DNA from: Escherichia phage JLBYU08 | Strand: one strand, 5' to 3' | Sequence record: OK272482.1 | Length of the DNA stretch: 64,000 nucleotides | Shown: piece by piece, positions 19,386 through 29,014 of the stretch | Position numbering within the stretch: the first letter of the stretch is position 1 | How the letters are laid out: every line of letters begins with the position of its first letter | The notes under the pieces: generated by a model | Seen by the model: only the letters and a program-made list of their open reading frames with translations | What the model was told of the DNA's origin: nothing | Database searches by the model: none | Made by a program: the position numbers and the translations under genes

Positions 19386-20174
19386 ATGGGTCGAGCTAAA
19401 GAAACAAAACGCATGCGTGATGAAGCTAGAGAGGCTCGCAAATCTGATCGCCTGCGTAAGGCTGCTGAGAAATTTGCTGACGAAAGAGAGCACACCGCTC
19501 CAGCTCTCCGACCAATGAATAAGAAGCAGCAAAAGTATCTTGATTATCTAGGGTCACGTAAGATTATTATTGTAAACGGTGTGTTTGGATCCGGTAAGAC
19601 ATTCATGGCATCTGCATATGCAGGTGATCTTCTGCGTAAGAACGAGATTGATAAGATTATTGTTGCACGTCCTTACGTTCAGACAGGAAAGACTTCAGGA
19701 TTTAAACCTGGAAATGCAATGCAGAAACTGTGGCCCTATCTTCGAAGCATGATGGACACGATTTGTCGTCGTGTTGGCAAAGGTGCTTTTGCCGCAATGC
19801 TGGGAGACGGTCAGAACAGCCGTATCGAGATTTGTGAAGTTGAAAGCATTCGTGGTCGTAGTTTCGATGAGCGATGCTTTGTCCTGATTGACGAGGCACA
19901 GCAAACTAACCCTGAAGAAATGTTGTCAATTATCACAAGGATCTCTGATCAAGCCACCCTTGTAATTATGGGTGATAATAGCCAACGTGACATCCCTGGT
20001 AAATCTGGCCTTGCATGGGTGACGGATTTCTTTACTCGTCATCCAGATCCTGAGGTTGGAATGATCAGCTTTGATAGTCCAGACGATGTCGTTCGTTCTG
20101 GGTTGGGTCGTCAGATCGCACTCAATCTTATTGAGGATCGTGCAAATCATATTTGGACCCCTGTTTCCGAGTAA
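19386..20174 (+). CDS. phoH: PhoH-like ATPase
   Basis: Walker A GVFGSGKTF and PhoH-like layout. Confidence 0.85.
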   Translation: MGRAKETKRMRDEAREARKSDRLRKAAEKFADEREHTAPALRPMNKKQQKYLDYLGSRKIIIVNGVFGSGKTFMASAYAGDLLRKNEIDKIIVARPYVQTGKTSGFKPGNAMQKLWPYLRSMMDTICRRVGKGAFAAMLGDGQNSRIEICEVESIRGRSFDERCFVLIDEAQQTNPEEMLSIITRISDQATLVIMGDNSQRDIPGKSGLAWVTDFFTRHPDPEVGMISFDSPDDVVRSGLGRQIALNLIEDRANHIWTPVSE

Positions 20175-20218
20175 TACAGAAGGGTGGTTATTCCACCCTT
20201 AAATATCTAAAACAGTTG

Positions 20219-20247
20219 TTGACAAATAGGTAAGCTTTAGATATTAT
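20219..20247 (+). promoter_or_regulatory. sigma70-like promoter (TTGACA-N17-TATTAT)
   Basis: Consensus hexamers after PhoH stop and hairpin 20181-20199. Confidence 0.55.
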
Positions 20248-20275
20248 TATCGGACAAAACAGAGAGAAGGACAGT

Positions 20276-20587
20276 ATGGCTACAATACAAGAGAAACTGA
20301 ATAAAATATACTGCCTGTTTGTCTATAACGGCGAGACAATTTTGGCAAATAAGGGATCCAAGAATGTGTGGACCAAGGACAGCGGTGGTAATATAATTAA
20401 CTTAGCGTTGCTACGTGAGCGCCGACACAGATTCTTTATCGAGTCTCGAATTATTGAAAGCAGCACTTGCTACAGAACAGGCGATAAAGTAATTGTTGAC
20501 AATGATACGTGGTATGTGGTAGACTGGCAATCATTGAGTTGTGATGCTTCTGACAATCGTAAGTATTCCATAGTGATTGCTAAATAA
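20276..20587 (+). CDS. hypothetical protein
   Basis: 103-aa ORF downstream of promoter. Confidence 0.5.
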   Translation: MATIQEKLNKIYCLFVYNGETILANKGSKNVWTKDSGGNIINLALLRERRHRFFIESRIIESSTCYRTGDKVIVDNDTWYVVDWQSLSCDASDNRKYSIVIAK

Positions 20588-20647
20588 AGGTAAATGTGAA
20601 TCAGGTTTAAATAAATAGCTTTCAACTTCCAATATTAAGGATTTCTC

Positions 20648-21697
20648 ATGAATTTAACACCTCGCAGAACCATGGTACACGGCATGAAAGAAAAACAGAA
20701 CGGTTTCGAACCTATGAGTAATAAAATGTTTGGTATGCCGGGCGGTATCATGGAAACATACAGCTACCCAACACCTGTTGTTGACCACGTTCTTTATATC
20801 GACGATTTGGAAGACTTACAAGATCATATGTCTCGTCTGCAGACGATCCGTATGGCTCAGCCGGAAGAAAGCATTCGGGTGATCATCAATAGCACTGGGG
20901 GTTGCGTGCACATTGCAATGGCTTATCTGCAGGCATTCCGAGAGTCTCAGGCAAGCGTTGTTGCACATGCTGAAGGGATGTGCTGCTCTGCTGGAACAAT
21001 CTTATGGCTTGGTTGTAAAGAACGTACTGTGGCTCCGGACACAGAGTTTATGTTCCACTACTATCAAGGTGGCACTTATGGTAACGGTGTGAACATGAAT
21101 ACTCAGGTCAGCTACTGGAAAAAACGTTTTGAACGCCTGATCGAAAAATACTACGGTGGGGTGCTGACAGAAGATGAGATCGCATCCATCACAGCTGGTG
21201 GCGAAGTGTGGTTGGACGGAGAAGAGCTGGCAGCACGCACTGGAGCTATTATTCTGGATGAAGGCAACATACAACGCATCCAGAACGGACAAAAACCGAA
21301 AAATCTTCTGGCAAAAGGTGATGAAGAAGGCGTGTTAGGTGAAGCAGGTCTTCCGGAGATTCACCAGTGCACATCTTTAGATGAGTTAGTTCATGCTGTT
21401 GAATCTGCAAAAGCGGGTGGTTCGAAAGGTGATGTTCACACTGTGTTCCTGAATCTGCAGATGGAAAGTGGCGAGACCGTCAGAATTGCCCTGAGTGAGA
21501 TTACTTCAGAAGATCTGCAGAGATTCTCTGTCGTTGAACTTCAGGATATTCTGTCTCAATTGAAGACTACTCTGAACGGCGGTGAAGAGGTTAAGGTGAA
21601 AGATAAGACTCGCAAGCGTCTGGTGGACAATATTATTAAAACAGCAAAAGAGCTCAATGAAAAAATCCTGGGTGCAGGAATTGTCGAAGAAGCTTAA
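20648..21697 (+). CDS. ClpP-like serine protease with C-terminal extension
   Basis: GMCCSAGT (ClpP Ser block GQAASMG analogue) and FMFHYYQGG (His block); about 150 aa acidic C-terminal extension. Confidence 0.6.
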   Translation: MNLTPRRTMVHGMKEKQNGFEPMSNKMFGMPGGIMETYSYPTPVVDHVLYIDDLEDLQDHMSRLQTIRMAQPEESIRVIINSTGGCVHIAMAYLQAFRESQASVVAHAEGMCCSAGTILWLGCKERTVAPDTEFMFHYYQGGTYGNGVNMNTQVSYWKKRFERLIEKYYGGVLTEDEIASITAGGEVWLDGEELAARTGAIILDEGNIQRIQNGQKPKNLLAKGDEEGVLGEAGLPEIHQCTSLDELVHAVESAKAGGSKGDVHTVFLNLQMESGETVRIALSEITSEDLQRFSVVELQDILSQLKTTLNGGEEVKVKDKTRKRLVDNIIKTAKELNEKILGAGIVEEA

Positions 21698-21748
21698 ACA
21701 TTAATTCTAAAGCCCTCTTCGGAGGGCTTTTATGATCTGGAGATTTGC

Positions 21749-22282
21749 ATGACTTGTGCTAGAAAACCTGATGAACAACGTAACGCCTACGATGAGTATG
21801 TGACACCGGAGTGGTGTGCAGAAGGGCTGTATGACCTTATTCCGTTCCCAGAAGACTGGACCTACTTAGAGCCTTGCAGGAATAGTGCCTCAGGTGTGTT
21901 CTACTCCCGTATGCCGTTAGGATCTGCATGGGGAGAAATACAAGAAGGTGTTGACTATCTGAATACAGAATACAACCATGTTGACTGTATTATCACCAAC
22001 CCACCATACAGCCTGGCTCGTGAGTTTGTAGACAAGGCGTTGAAAGATGCTGACGTAGTTATTATGCTTTTGCGTCTTAATTTTCTGGAAAGCAAAGCCA
22101 GATTTGAATGGTGGCTTGATAATGCACCTACTACTGTGATCACAATATCTAAGCGTCCATCATTTCAATCAAACGGCAGAACTGACGGGCAAGCATATGC
22201 ATATTTTGTGTGGGATAAGAAAAACCGTTTAGACTTGCCGCCGTTTATGTGGTTGGCACCCCCAGAGGTAGACCTGAAATGA
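21749..22282 (+). CDS. phage-type DNA N6-adenine methyltransferase
   Basis: DCIITNPPYS catalytic motif in a small (177 aa) protein. Confidence 0.6.
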   Translation: MTCARKPDEQRNAYDEYVTPEWCAEGLYDLIPFPEDWTYLEPCRNSASGVFYSRMPLGSAWGEIQEGVDYLNTEYNHVDCIITNPPYSLAREFVDKALKDADVVIMLLRLNFLESKARFEWWLDNAPTTVITISKRPSFQSNGRTDGQAYAYFVWDKKNRLDLPPFMWLAPPEVDLK

Positions 22283-22563
22283 AAATGAGTGCTAAGGACA
22301 AATTACACCAGTTAGCGCTAAAACGCCCTGTAACGCTCCCTGACGAGCTTAACTCCATTTATGATGCGATTGTAGGGGAGATACAAAATAAAGCGTTAGC
22401 AGGCTTTCTGGGGTGCGGATTTTCGATAAATCTACCCTCGCATCTCTCAGATTACTTCCCGCACATTGTTGGAGATTTAAGGGCAGGAGGTCTGCAGGTA
22501 GATGTTGTTGGCATCTCCCCAGAGAAAAATAATACGGTTGCCTACTTGACAGTAACCTGGTAG
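22279..22563 (+). CDS. hypothetical protein
   Basis: ATG 22279 overlaps MTase stop (ATGA). Confidence 0.45.
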   Translation: MKMSAKDKLHQLALKRPVTLPDELNSIYDAIVGEIQNKALAGFLGCGFSINLPSHLSDYFPHIVGDLRAGGLQVDVVGISPEKNNTVAYLTVTW

Positions 22564-22599
22564 TTGTGTATTGTTGTTTTCAACAAGAGGGGGTCATTT

Positions 22600-22839
22600 A
22601 TGTACAAGTCATTTTCAATCTACTCAAGACAGGCGAAACACTACACAGAGATCCTGATCACTCAGAAAAAATCTGTGGAAGGTGAGTGGGAATATCACCA
22701 TAAAATGTTGCGTCCAGACTGGGTTTTTGATAGACTTATTGCTATGATCCCTCTCGGAGAAGTATACCCTCTGACAGCCCATCGCGATGCTTGGGATTTA
22801 ATTGATTACATAGATTCATTTAAGGAGCCTAGATTATGA
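22600..22839 (+). CDS. hypothetical protein
   Basis: ATG 22600 after GAGGGGG. Confidence 0.45.
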   Translation: MYKSFSIYSRQAKHYTEILITQKKSVEGEWEYHHKMLRPDWVFDRLIAMIPLGEVYPLTAHRDAWDLIDYIDSFKEPRL

Positions 22840-23234
22840 AGATTGAGATTACTAAAGAAGGTAAGAAAGTGTCCGGCAACTATGCAACAGTAATTCGGGA
22901 TTTAATGTTTGAAGCCACCAAGATCGGTACATCTAAAGTTGGTCAAACTGTTAGTGTGAAAAGTAATATCTCCACAGGAGAGAAGGTATTCATTGTGGTC
23001 AAAGGGCAGGATCCCGTGGAAGGAACAGTGGGCCGAGGTGGCTACCTGTGCATTTCTGAAGAGCCGCGTATGTTAGTGGCTGACGCTACTATGGGTGGGA
23101 AACGTGTGTGCGAGGCGGATGAGGTAATGATTATCCAACCTGTTGATCCAGATGACCCAGCAACTTGGGTGGTAGGAAATGAAATCTTCTCTTTAGAAGA
23201 GTTATCCTTCCCAGCACCGCGCTCTGTTCAGTAA
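22836..23234 (+). CDS. hypothetical protein (MKIEIT family-like N-terminus)
   Basis: 132-aa ORF; N-terminus MKIEITKEG resembles the small acidic paralog family. Confidence 0.45.
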   Translation: MKIEITKEGKKVSGNYATVIRDLMFEATKIGTSKVGQTVSVKSNISTGEKVFIVVKGQDPVEGTVGRGGYLCISEEPRMLVADATMGGKRVCEADEVMIIQPVDPDDPATWVVGNEIFSLEELSFPAPRSVQ

Positions 23235-23271
23235 TAATTTATCTTACCAGGGACGGTAGGTAGGAGGTAGC

Positions 23272-23505
23272 ATGAAAGTTAAATTTCTTACAGATTTAGG
23301 GTACCCTTCCTTGGTTGACTGTGTTGGTAAAATTGTGGAAGCAAAACGGCTATCTGCAAACGAGAATGTTGTCCTGGTTAAAGGGAAGGATTTACTAGCT
23401 GCAGGTGCAGAGTCTGGCAGGATCTCTCCTGATTATATGTATTACCTATCTTTAAGTAATCTGCCAGAGCGAGGCGGTAAAGGCCTTGAAGTTGTGGAGG
23501 AGTGA
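23272..23505 (+). CDS. small acidic protein, MKVK paralog family
   Basis: MKVKFLTDLGYP...GKDLLAAGA...EVVEE; same pattern as 26922 and 27139. Confidence 0.5.
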   Translation: MKVKFLTDLGYPSLVDCVGKIVEAKRLSANENVVLVKGKDLLAAGAESGRISPDYMYYLSLSNLPERGGKGLEVVEE

Positions 23506-23510
23506 CAGGT

Positions 23511-24047
23511 ATGCTTCTGATTAACTGGGAAGACCTCTATGGGGACAAAGACCCTGTTGCGTTTGTTGATCGTAGGTGGAGATACACTGAAGAACAACTG
23601 GCGGCAAAAAATTTAACTGCAAAACGCAGAAAGATCATCCAGTGCAAGTACAAATACGCACAGTTTGCTGCAAAAGTGTCTCCACAAATCGAGAGCTTTG
23701 TGCTTAAATTGTATGACGAGTACCTCAAATTCAAATTGGATTTTGTGCAGGTGTACCGTGCACAGGTACGACCAGATACCAACATATGTAGATGGAAGGT
23801 TGTTTGTGAAGGTAAAGATTTGCCGCTCAGCTTGACAATTGAGTGGCGTTATGGGTATCATGAGTGTGGTCTGTATGATATTTGGGATGTCATTGTAGAT
23901 CCTGCTAAGCATCTGAACACAGAGGAGCTGGAATATATCAATAAGGTTATTCTCGATATGTTTTTCAGCTACACACATGAAAACTCTGAGAAAGAACGGG
24001 ATAATTTTCTTGACACCCTCAGCGACCATTTGCAGTGTACAATTTAA
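23511..24047 (+). CDS. hypothetical protein
   Basis: ATG 23511 in frame with track ORF. Confidence 0.45.
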   Translation: MLLINWEDLYGDKDPVAFVDRRWRYTEEQLAAKNLTAKRRKIIQCKYKYAQFAAKVSPQIESFVLKLYDEYLKFKLDFVQVYRAQVRPDTNICRWKVVCEGKDLPLSLTIEWRYGYHECGLYDIWDVIVDPAKHLNTEELEYINKVILDMFFSYTHENSEKERDNFLDTLSDHLQCTI

Positions 24048-24065
24048 CCTACAAAGGGAGGACCA

Positions 24066-24293
24066 ATGAGTATAAATGTTGTGCTAATAGCTTACCTGGT
24101 AATGTCCGTTATAACAGCGGTATTCTTGACAGGTGTATGCATCGTGTCCAGACGAAGGGTGAAGTTTGATGATTTTATCACCATCATTACTGCTGCACCT
24201 TTTTGGCCTGTTGTTATCTTCATCGTAATAATGTGCCTAGTTTATTACTACAAGAATATCAGGAAGGAGAGTAGAGATGGAGACCGCACCTAA
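24066..24293 (+). CDS. small membrane protein (2 TM)
   Basis: Two hydrophobic segments. Confidence 0.45.
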   Translation: MSINVVLIAYLVMSVITAVFLTGVCIVSRRRVKFDDFITIITAAPFWPVVIFIVIMCLVYYYKNIRKESRDGDRT

Positions 24294-24512
24294 AACTATC
24301 TATACTGTTCTTAAAGAGATTGCGTTCTACGCAGATCTTAGCCAGGCACCTTTATGGGAAAAGAGCATGTATTTAAAATGGTGCGTTAATTTAGGGAGAC
24401 CTTCTAGTGTTTCAAGCCATGTTTATTGAGATGCTATCTGGGATATTGTTACTGGTAGCCATCTTAGGTGGTGCAGTTCTGATGTATAACTATCTTGAAA
24501 AAGGAGACAGCA

Positions 24513-24698
24513 ATGGCAAAAAATAAATCTTTAGAGCAGGCTGAAAACCTTCTCCACGAGCTGGTAAAGGAGTGGAAAGTTGAATACTTAGATTTTAATG
24601 CACGAGAGGGTGAAGATTATTGGCCTACGGAGCGCTCAGAGGGCGAATGGTATCAAGATTTCATAGAGTGGTTATATCAGACGTGCGATGAGGGGTGA
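24513..24698 (+). CDS. hypothetical protein
   Basis: RBS AAGGAGA before ATG 24513. Confidence 0.45.
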   Translation: MAKNKSLEQAENLLHELVKEWKVEYLDFNAREGEDYWPTERSEGEWYQDFIEWLYQTCDEG

Positions 24699-25156
24699 CG
24701 ATGTTTGTTAAATATGTAAAAACGTGCCTCAACAATCTTGGTAGAGAGCATTGGTACACCTTGCTTGAAAAAGGAGAAATTTTAACAAAATCTGGAAAGA
24801 TAACTTTAATACCCTTGGACGATAAAGACCCGTCACTACTTATCATAGATGATTACGTTACAGGTGTGTCGTACGAGGTCTCTGTGGGGAGGTTAATACG
24901 CAGATCTGGAGGTCCTTATGACCGAAGAGAGTATGTTTTCGATTCTATTACAGAGAAGGAAGATCCGTCTCTAATGTTTAGGATGGTAATCAGAGATATG
25001 AAATCATCTATAAATAGGATCGTAAAGGACATTAAGGAACCTTTTAGAGTAAAAGTTAAGAAGTTTTTCGATTCTAAGATTAACATACTCGCCGTTGCAC
25101 TAGGTGTAGTTCAACTTCTGTTAATTTTGCACTATTTTGGACTACTATTTAAGTAG
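24695..25156 (+). CDS. hypothetical protein with C-terminal TM anchor
   Basis: 153 aa; C-terminal hydrophobic segment. Confidence 0.45.
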   Translation: MTMFVKYVKTCLNNLGREHWYTLLEKGEILTKSGKITLIPLDDKDPSLLIIDDYVTGVSYEVSVGRLIRRSGGPYDRREYVFDSITEKEDPSLMFRMVIRDMKSSINRIVKDIKEPFRVKVKKFFDSKINILAVALGVVQLLLILHYFGLLFK

Positions 25157-25218
25157 TGGTTGAGATATGGCACAAAGGATGTGCCATAGTGAAATAAACT
25201 AAGAAAGAGGTAGAGAGA

Positions 25219-25566
25219 ATGCCAAAGATTAAAACGTTATTAATGTGGGTAGCTGTTTTAGCTTTTATAGGGTACTGGACTTGGGAAACTGAATTAAAAG
25301 ATATCGGATATACCAGTCTTGAGAGCAAGGCGTGCATTGGTATAACCGATGCATTCAGGCAAAATGCTATGGATCACGAATGTGTTGATGCAGATATAGA
25401 TGAGAAACTGTCTAAGGACAAGGATTTTTACCATGGGCATGCTTTGCTTGATAGTGGTGACACTGTAGAGTTCTGGTCGTGGTTCCGTGAAGATGGAACA
25501 ATAAAAACAGCAGTAAAGATCTCTAACAAAGAGTTAATGCTGTTGCAGCAGAAGGAGGCTCAATGA
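25219..25566 (+). CDS. hypothetical membrane-anchored protein
   Basis: N-terminal TM (LMWVAVLAFIGYW). Confidence 0.45.
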   Translation: MPKIKTLLMWVAVLAFIGYWTWETELKDIGYTSLESKACIGITDAFRQNAMDHECVDADIDEKLSKDKDFYHGHALLDSGDTVEFWSWFREDGTIKTAVKISNKELMLLQQKEAQ

Positions 25567-25850
25567 TCTGGATATCCTATACTGATGGCACCATGCTGTA
25601 TACTGCAGGTACCCGATATGAGGTTCAGGAGGACGATAAAAAATTTATCGTAAAAACATTTGACAAGGACGACAACCTTTTGCTAGAATTGACTTACAAG
25701 GTTGGAGAGGTATCCGATATCCAATTGGATTGTGGTCATAAAGATAATCCACTCAAAAAACCTGGAATAGGCAAGGCTTCAGAAGAACGTTTGTCTCGTA
25801 TTGCAGAAAGCGTTTCTCCCCAAAAATCTAAGAAGAGGAGTAGAAAATGA
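25563..25850 (+). CDS. hypothetical protein
   Basis: 95-aa ORF, overlapping stop/start with neighbours. Confidence 0.45.
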   Translation: MIWISYTDGTMLYTAGTRYEVQEDDKKFIVKTFDKDDNLLLELTYKVGEVSDIQLDCGHKDNPLKKPGIGKASEERLSRIAESVSPQKSKKRSRK

Positions 25851-26047
25851 GTGACAAAATTCTTAAATTTAATACCTACTATGAGAATGATTTGAACGAT
25901 CTGTATTATATAGTGCGTAGCGAAAACCCGAATGTAGTACTGTTTTGCCGAGAACCTTTCAAAGGAGAGGAGATTGAATCTACCATGAATGTGGATCAGA
26001 TTTCACACCTGCTGCTCCTTGGATCATTAAAAGAGGCAGTATTCTAA
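25847..26047 (+). CDS. hypothetical protein
   Basis: 66-aa ORF. Confidence 0.4.
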   Translation: MSDKILKFNTYYENDLNDLYYIVRSENPNVVLFCREPFKGEEIESTMNVDQISHLLLLGSLKEAVF

Positions 26048-26066
26048 ACCAGGATGGAGGGTTTTT

Positions 26067-26252
26067 ATGAAGCACTATTGTCTGTCTGGTAGGATGGGTG
26101 CAGATTGTGATTGGGTTTTCTTAAAACTTGTCAGTATTCGAGAGTTCATTCCAGAGGAAGAGCAAGAAAGTGAGCTGATGTCATGGATCAACCATTACGG
26201 TAACACTTTTCGGCATGTTAAGGTGGAAGAGTTGCCAAGCGAGGCTGATTGA
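26067..26252 (+). CDS. hypothetical protein
   Basis: 61-aa ORF. Confidence 0.4.
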   Translation: MKHYCLSGRMGADCDWVFLKLVSIREFIPEEEQESELMSWINHYGNTFRHVKVEELPSEAD

Positions 26253-26347
26253 CTATGATTGCATCAATATTAACGTTTATGGGTGGCGTGGCATTCGGAT
26301 TCATTGTTTGCCTGTTTATAGTGATTATGTCTATGCGAGGCTGAATT

Positions 26348-26641
26348 ATGAAACTTTTTGAGTGGTTTAAAAAGTTTAAATATAAAGCTGTAGCCATCGT
26401 GCCGTGGTCCATTCAGTGGGTGGACGATGATGGATTACCAATTCCAGGTGATAAAGACACGGGATACTGGATCATGCTTGAGAACGGGTTCGGTAAACGG
26501 AAATATTCCTGCACGGATACCTCAGGAGCATCTTTTAGGAGAATTCCTGGGTATAAATGTATGATTGTGTGGAAGATGTCTGGTGTACCTCCGGCCAATG
26601 CACAATATCTTACTACCAATCCAACCACAGAAGAGGACTAG
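26348..26641 (+). CDS. hypothetical protein
   Basis: 97-aa ORF. Confidence 0.45.
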   Translation: MKLFEWFKKFKYKAVAIVPWSIQWVDDDGLPIPGDKDTGYWIMLENGFGKRKYSCTDTSGASFRRIPGYKCMIVWKMSGVPPANAQYLTTNPTTEED

Positions 26642-26643
26642 TA

Positions 26644-26925
26644 ATGAAAAAGATTTGCGATACAGATGTGGAGTTCAAGGTGTGTAGTAAGGAGACCTAT
26701 TGGGAAGTGAGACAAAAGGTATATTTGTTTGGACTTATCCCATATTGGTCTAAATTCTACTGGGGAGCAGATGAATTAGGGAGATATGCCACCAAAGCTA
26801 TGGCGCTTATAGGTATAGCTGAATATATTGCTGCTAGGGACAGGGCTGGAAAAACCTGCTACTACACTGCTGACGAGATTCGTAACAGTGTTTACGTCCC
26901 ACAACCACCTGATGGAGACCGTTGA
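26644..26925 (+). CDS. hypothetical protein
   Basis: ATG 26644 right after upstream stop. Confidence 0.45.
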   Translation: MKKICDTDVEFKVCSKETYWEVRQKVYLFGLIPYWSKFYWGADELGRYATKAMALIGIAEYIAARDRAGKTCYYTADEIRNSVYVPQPPDGDR

Positions 26926-27149
26926 TGAAAGTTAAAGTTTTAGATTCAAGCTTCTATATTGGTCAGGAGCCTTTAGTAGGGAAAGTGTTTACTGCTGTCC
27001 CTAACGAAGATTACCCTGACCTTTTAAAAATAAAAGGGGCAGATCTTATTGCCGCTGGTGCATCTCAGGACTGCTTTGACAGCCAGTGGGACTACAACTT
27101 TGCCCTAGGTGAGGATGTAGAGATAGTGGAGGACGATCATGAAGGTTAA
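26922..27149 (+). CDS. small acidic protein, MKVK paralog family
   Basis: MMKVKVLDSSFYIGQ...LIAAGA...VEIVEDD. Confidence 0.5.
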   Translation: MMKVKVLDSSFYIGQEPLVGKVFTAVPNEDYPDLLKIKGADLIAAGASQDCFDSQWDYNFALGEDVEIVEDDHEG

Positions 27150-27393
27150 AATTCTTGATTCTAACGTCTACTTGGGGCAATCCTTCCTGAAAGGAAAGGT
27201 CGTCCCTGCGGTATACTTTGAAGGGTTGCCGTGGGATGATCCTGTGCGGCAACATCACAGTTATGTAGGCCACAACGTGGTGTTTATTTTAGGATCAGAC
27301 CTGATCACCGCTGGTGCACCTGAATATTATTTCGGGGAAGAGTCCTATTATGCCTTTGGGGTAGGGTCAGATGCAGATATTGTAGAGCTGTGA
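27139..27393 (+). CDS. small acidic protein, MKVK paralog family
   Basis: MKVKILDSNVYLGQ...LITAGAPE...DIVEL; paralog of 26922. Confidence 0.5.
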   Translation: MKVKILDSNVYLGQSFLKGKVVPAVYFEGLPWDDPVRQHHSYVGHNVVFILGSDLITAGAPEYYFGEESYYAFGVGSDADIVEL

Positions 27394-27405
27394 TGGGTAA
27401 CCGTT

Positions 27406-27804
27406 GTGAAAAATAAACTGTTCAAAGTTACAATGAAAATTCGCGGAGCTTGGAGCGTAAAGCAAGGGCGTATCCCAGAATTTGAGAAAGACTTCTACGT
27501 AGTCTCCACCTCGGAGGAGGCTGCATGCTGGCAGGCTGGCTATGCCTATGCAAGAACCTGGTACGAAGGATACCAGACTGGGGGCTATGACGGAGAAATT
27601 GTCAGCAAGGGTGTAGAAGAAATTAATGTGTTGACAAGTGAAAAAGTTTTTGTTATAGTGCATCCAGATTCCAGAGTGAAGCATTACTGGAATGCCAGAA
27701 CAAAAACTTGGACACCGTTTGCAGATTCTGCTACTCCACTTTTAAACCAGAAAGCTCTTGACTCTACCCCAAGTTATGGGGTTGTTGAAGAAAAGCTAAA
27801 CTGA
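27406..27804 (+). CDS. hypothetical protein, paralog of 29615..30010
   Basis: Shares HPDSRVKHYWNARTKTWTP versus HPHSNIAYYWDVLNNEWTP; GTG start assumed. Confidence 0.45.
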   Translation: MKNKLFKVTMKIRGAWSVKQGRIPEFEKDFYVVSTSEEAACWQAGYAYARTWYEGYQTGGYDGEIVSKGVEEINVLTSEKVFVIVHPDSRVKHYWNARTKTWTPFADSATPLLNQKALDSTPSYGVVEEKLN

Positions 27805-27821
27805 AACAGTGAGGTGTCACC

Positions 27822-28112
27822 ATGATGGATTTAATTCTAAATATTGATAACGCAGGAGAGTTTAAAGACGATGGTGTAACAAGCATGGACAAACCCTGCT
27901 CTGCTAAGGTTGACTCAAAATGGACCTATAAGTTTGATGGAGAGATCTTCGCAAATGATGAGAAGGTTGTAGATGCTGCAGCCATTTTGAACGCTCTAGG
28001 TTACGACCCTGTGAATTCTTTGATCAAGGATCCTGTTGAGTTTGCGGAGTATGTTCGAAAAATGGCAGATCTTGCTGTAGATATTTTAAAAACTATCGAC
28101 AACAAGCTATAA
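27822..28112 (+). CDS. hypothetical acidic protein
   Basis: 96-aa ORF. Confidence 0.45.
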   Translation: MMDLILNIDNAGEFKDDGVTSMDKPCSAKVDSKWTYKFDGEIFANDEKVVDAAAILNALGYDPVNSLIKDPVEFAEYVRKMADLAVDILKTIDNKL

Positions 28113-28117
28113 AACTG

Positions 28118-28146
28118 TTGACACAATGCTTCAGCTATAGTATTAT
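28118..28146 (+). promoter_or_regulatory. sigma70-like promoter (TTGACA-N17-TATTAT)
   Basis: Consensus hexamers immediately upstream of the HPF homolog. Confidence 0.55.
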
Positions 28147-28198
28147 TGTTTTCAAAGAGAGATGGTTGTTACTCTCTCTTCCTTAAAAGGAGCACGTT

Positions 28199-28516
28199 AT
28201 GCAAATTGAAATCACTGGCAACGTAGAAATCACTGAAGGTATGGTGTCTTTCATTTCCCACAAAATGTCTAAGCTGGAGCGTTTGCACCCCTCTGCCAAC
28301 TATGCACGTGTGAGTGTAAAAGTTGAAAATGATCACCAGGAAGTTATGGCGTTCATTTTTGACAATTCTGGAAAAGAAGTTATTGCCAAGGCTAAAGGCA
28401 GTGATGCTTACGAGGCAACTGACCGTATGGTAGATGTTGCAGCACGTCAGCTGGCTAAATGCGGTGGAAAGAAAGGTAAGGGGAAAGGCAAAGTAAAGAT
28501 TGACTTTGGAGAATGA
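28199..28516 (+). CDS. hpf: ribosome hibernation promoting factor / RaiA-like protein (S30AE family)
   Basis: MQIEITGNVEITEGM...KLERL...VKVEN...GKEVIAKAKGSDAYEATDRMVDVAARQLAK aligns along its length with E. coli HPF; own promoter and RBS AAAGGAG. Confidence 0.7.
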   Translation: MQIEITGNVEITEGMVSFISHKMSKLERLHPSANYARVSVKVENDHQEVMAFIFDNSGKEVIAKAKGSDAYEATDRMVDVAARQLAKCGGKKGKGKGKVKIDFGE

Positions 28517-28653
28517 GGTGCTACAATGGGTGTGATTAAGAAATTAGCCCCAAATGTAGAGATTGCATGCTTTGAAATTATGTTTGCAATCGCAGTTGTA
28601 GTTAATGTGTTAGGTTACGGCTATTAATATCAAATAATTGAGGAGACCTCTAA

Positions 28654-28923
28654 ATGAAAATTAAATTATTCCAAACTGAGCTGGCAGACAAAAATTGTGG
28701 ACTGGTTGAAGGCATGATTGTTGAAGCACAACCAGTGGACTATATGAAGGTGGTTCGTGATGCCCTAGGTGAAGGTTTTGATCTGATGGAGCCAGCTCTG
28801 CGAGAAGATGTTATCGAGATGGCTAAAAAGCACACACCTGAAGGTTTGGTGGTGTTTGTTGCACCGGGTAACGGAGAAGAGTTGATTGTAACTCCCGATG
28901 TGTATGAGATTGTAGAGGAATAA
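28654..28923 (+). CDS. small acidic protein, MKxK paralog family
   Basis: MKIKLFQTEL...YEIVEE. Confidence 0.5.
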   Translation: MKIKLFQTELADKNCGLVEGMIVEAQPVDYMKVVRDALGEGFDLMEPALREDVIEMAKKHTPEGLVVFVAPGNGEELIVTPDVYEIVEE

Positions 28924-29014
28924 TCCTGCTTGGATTAGCATACTTCCTCGCTAAGGAAGATTTGTAATTATTTGTGGGAAAGGAGTCCCAATCTCTTACC
29001 AGAGGTGATACTAT

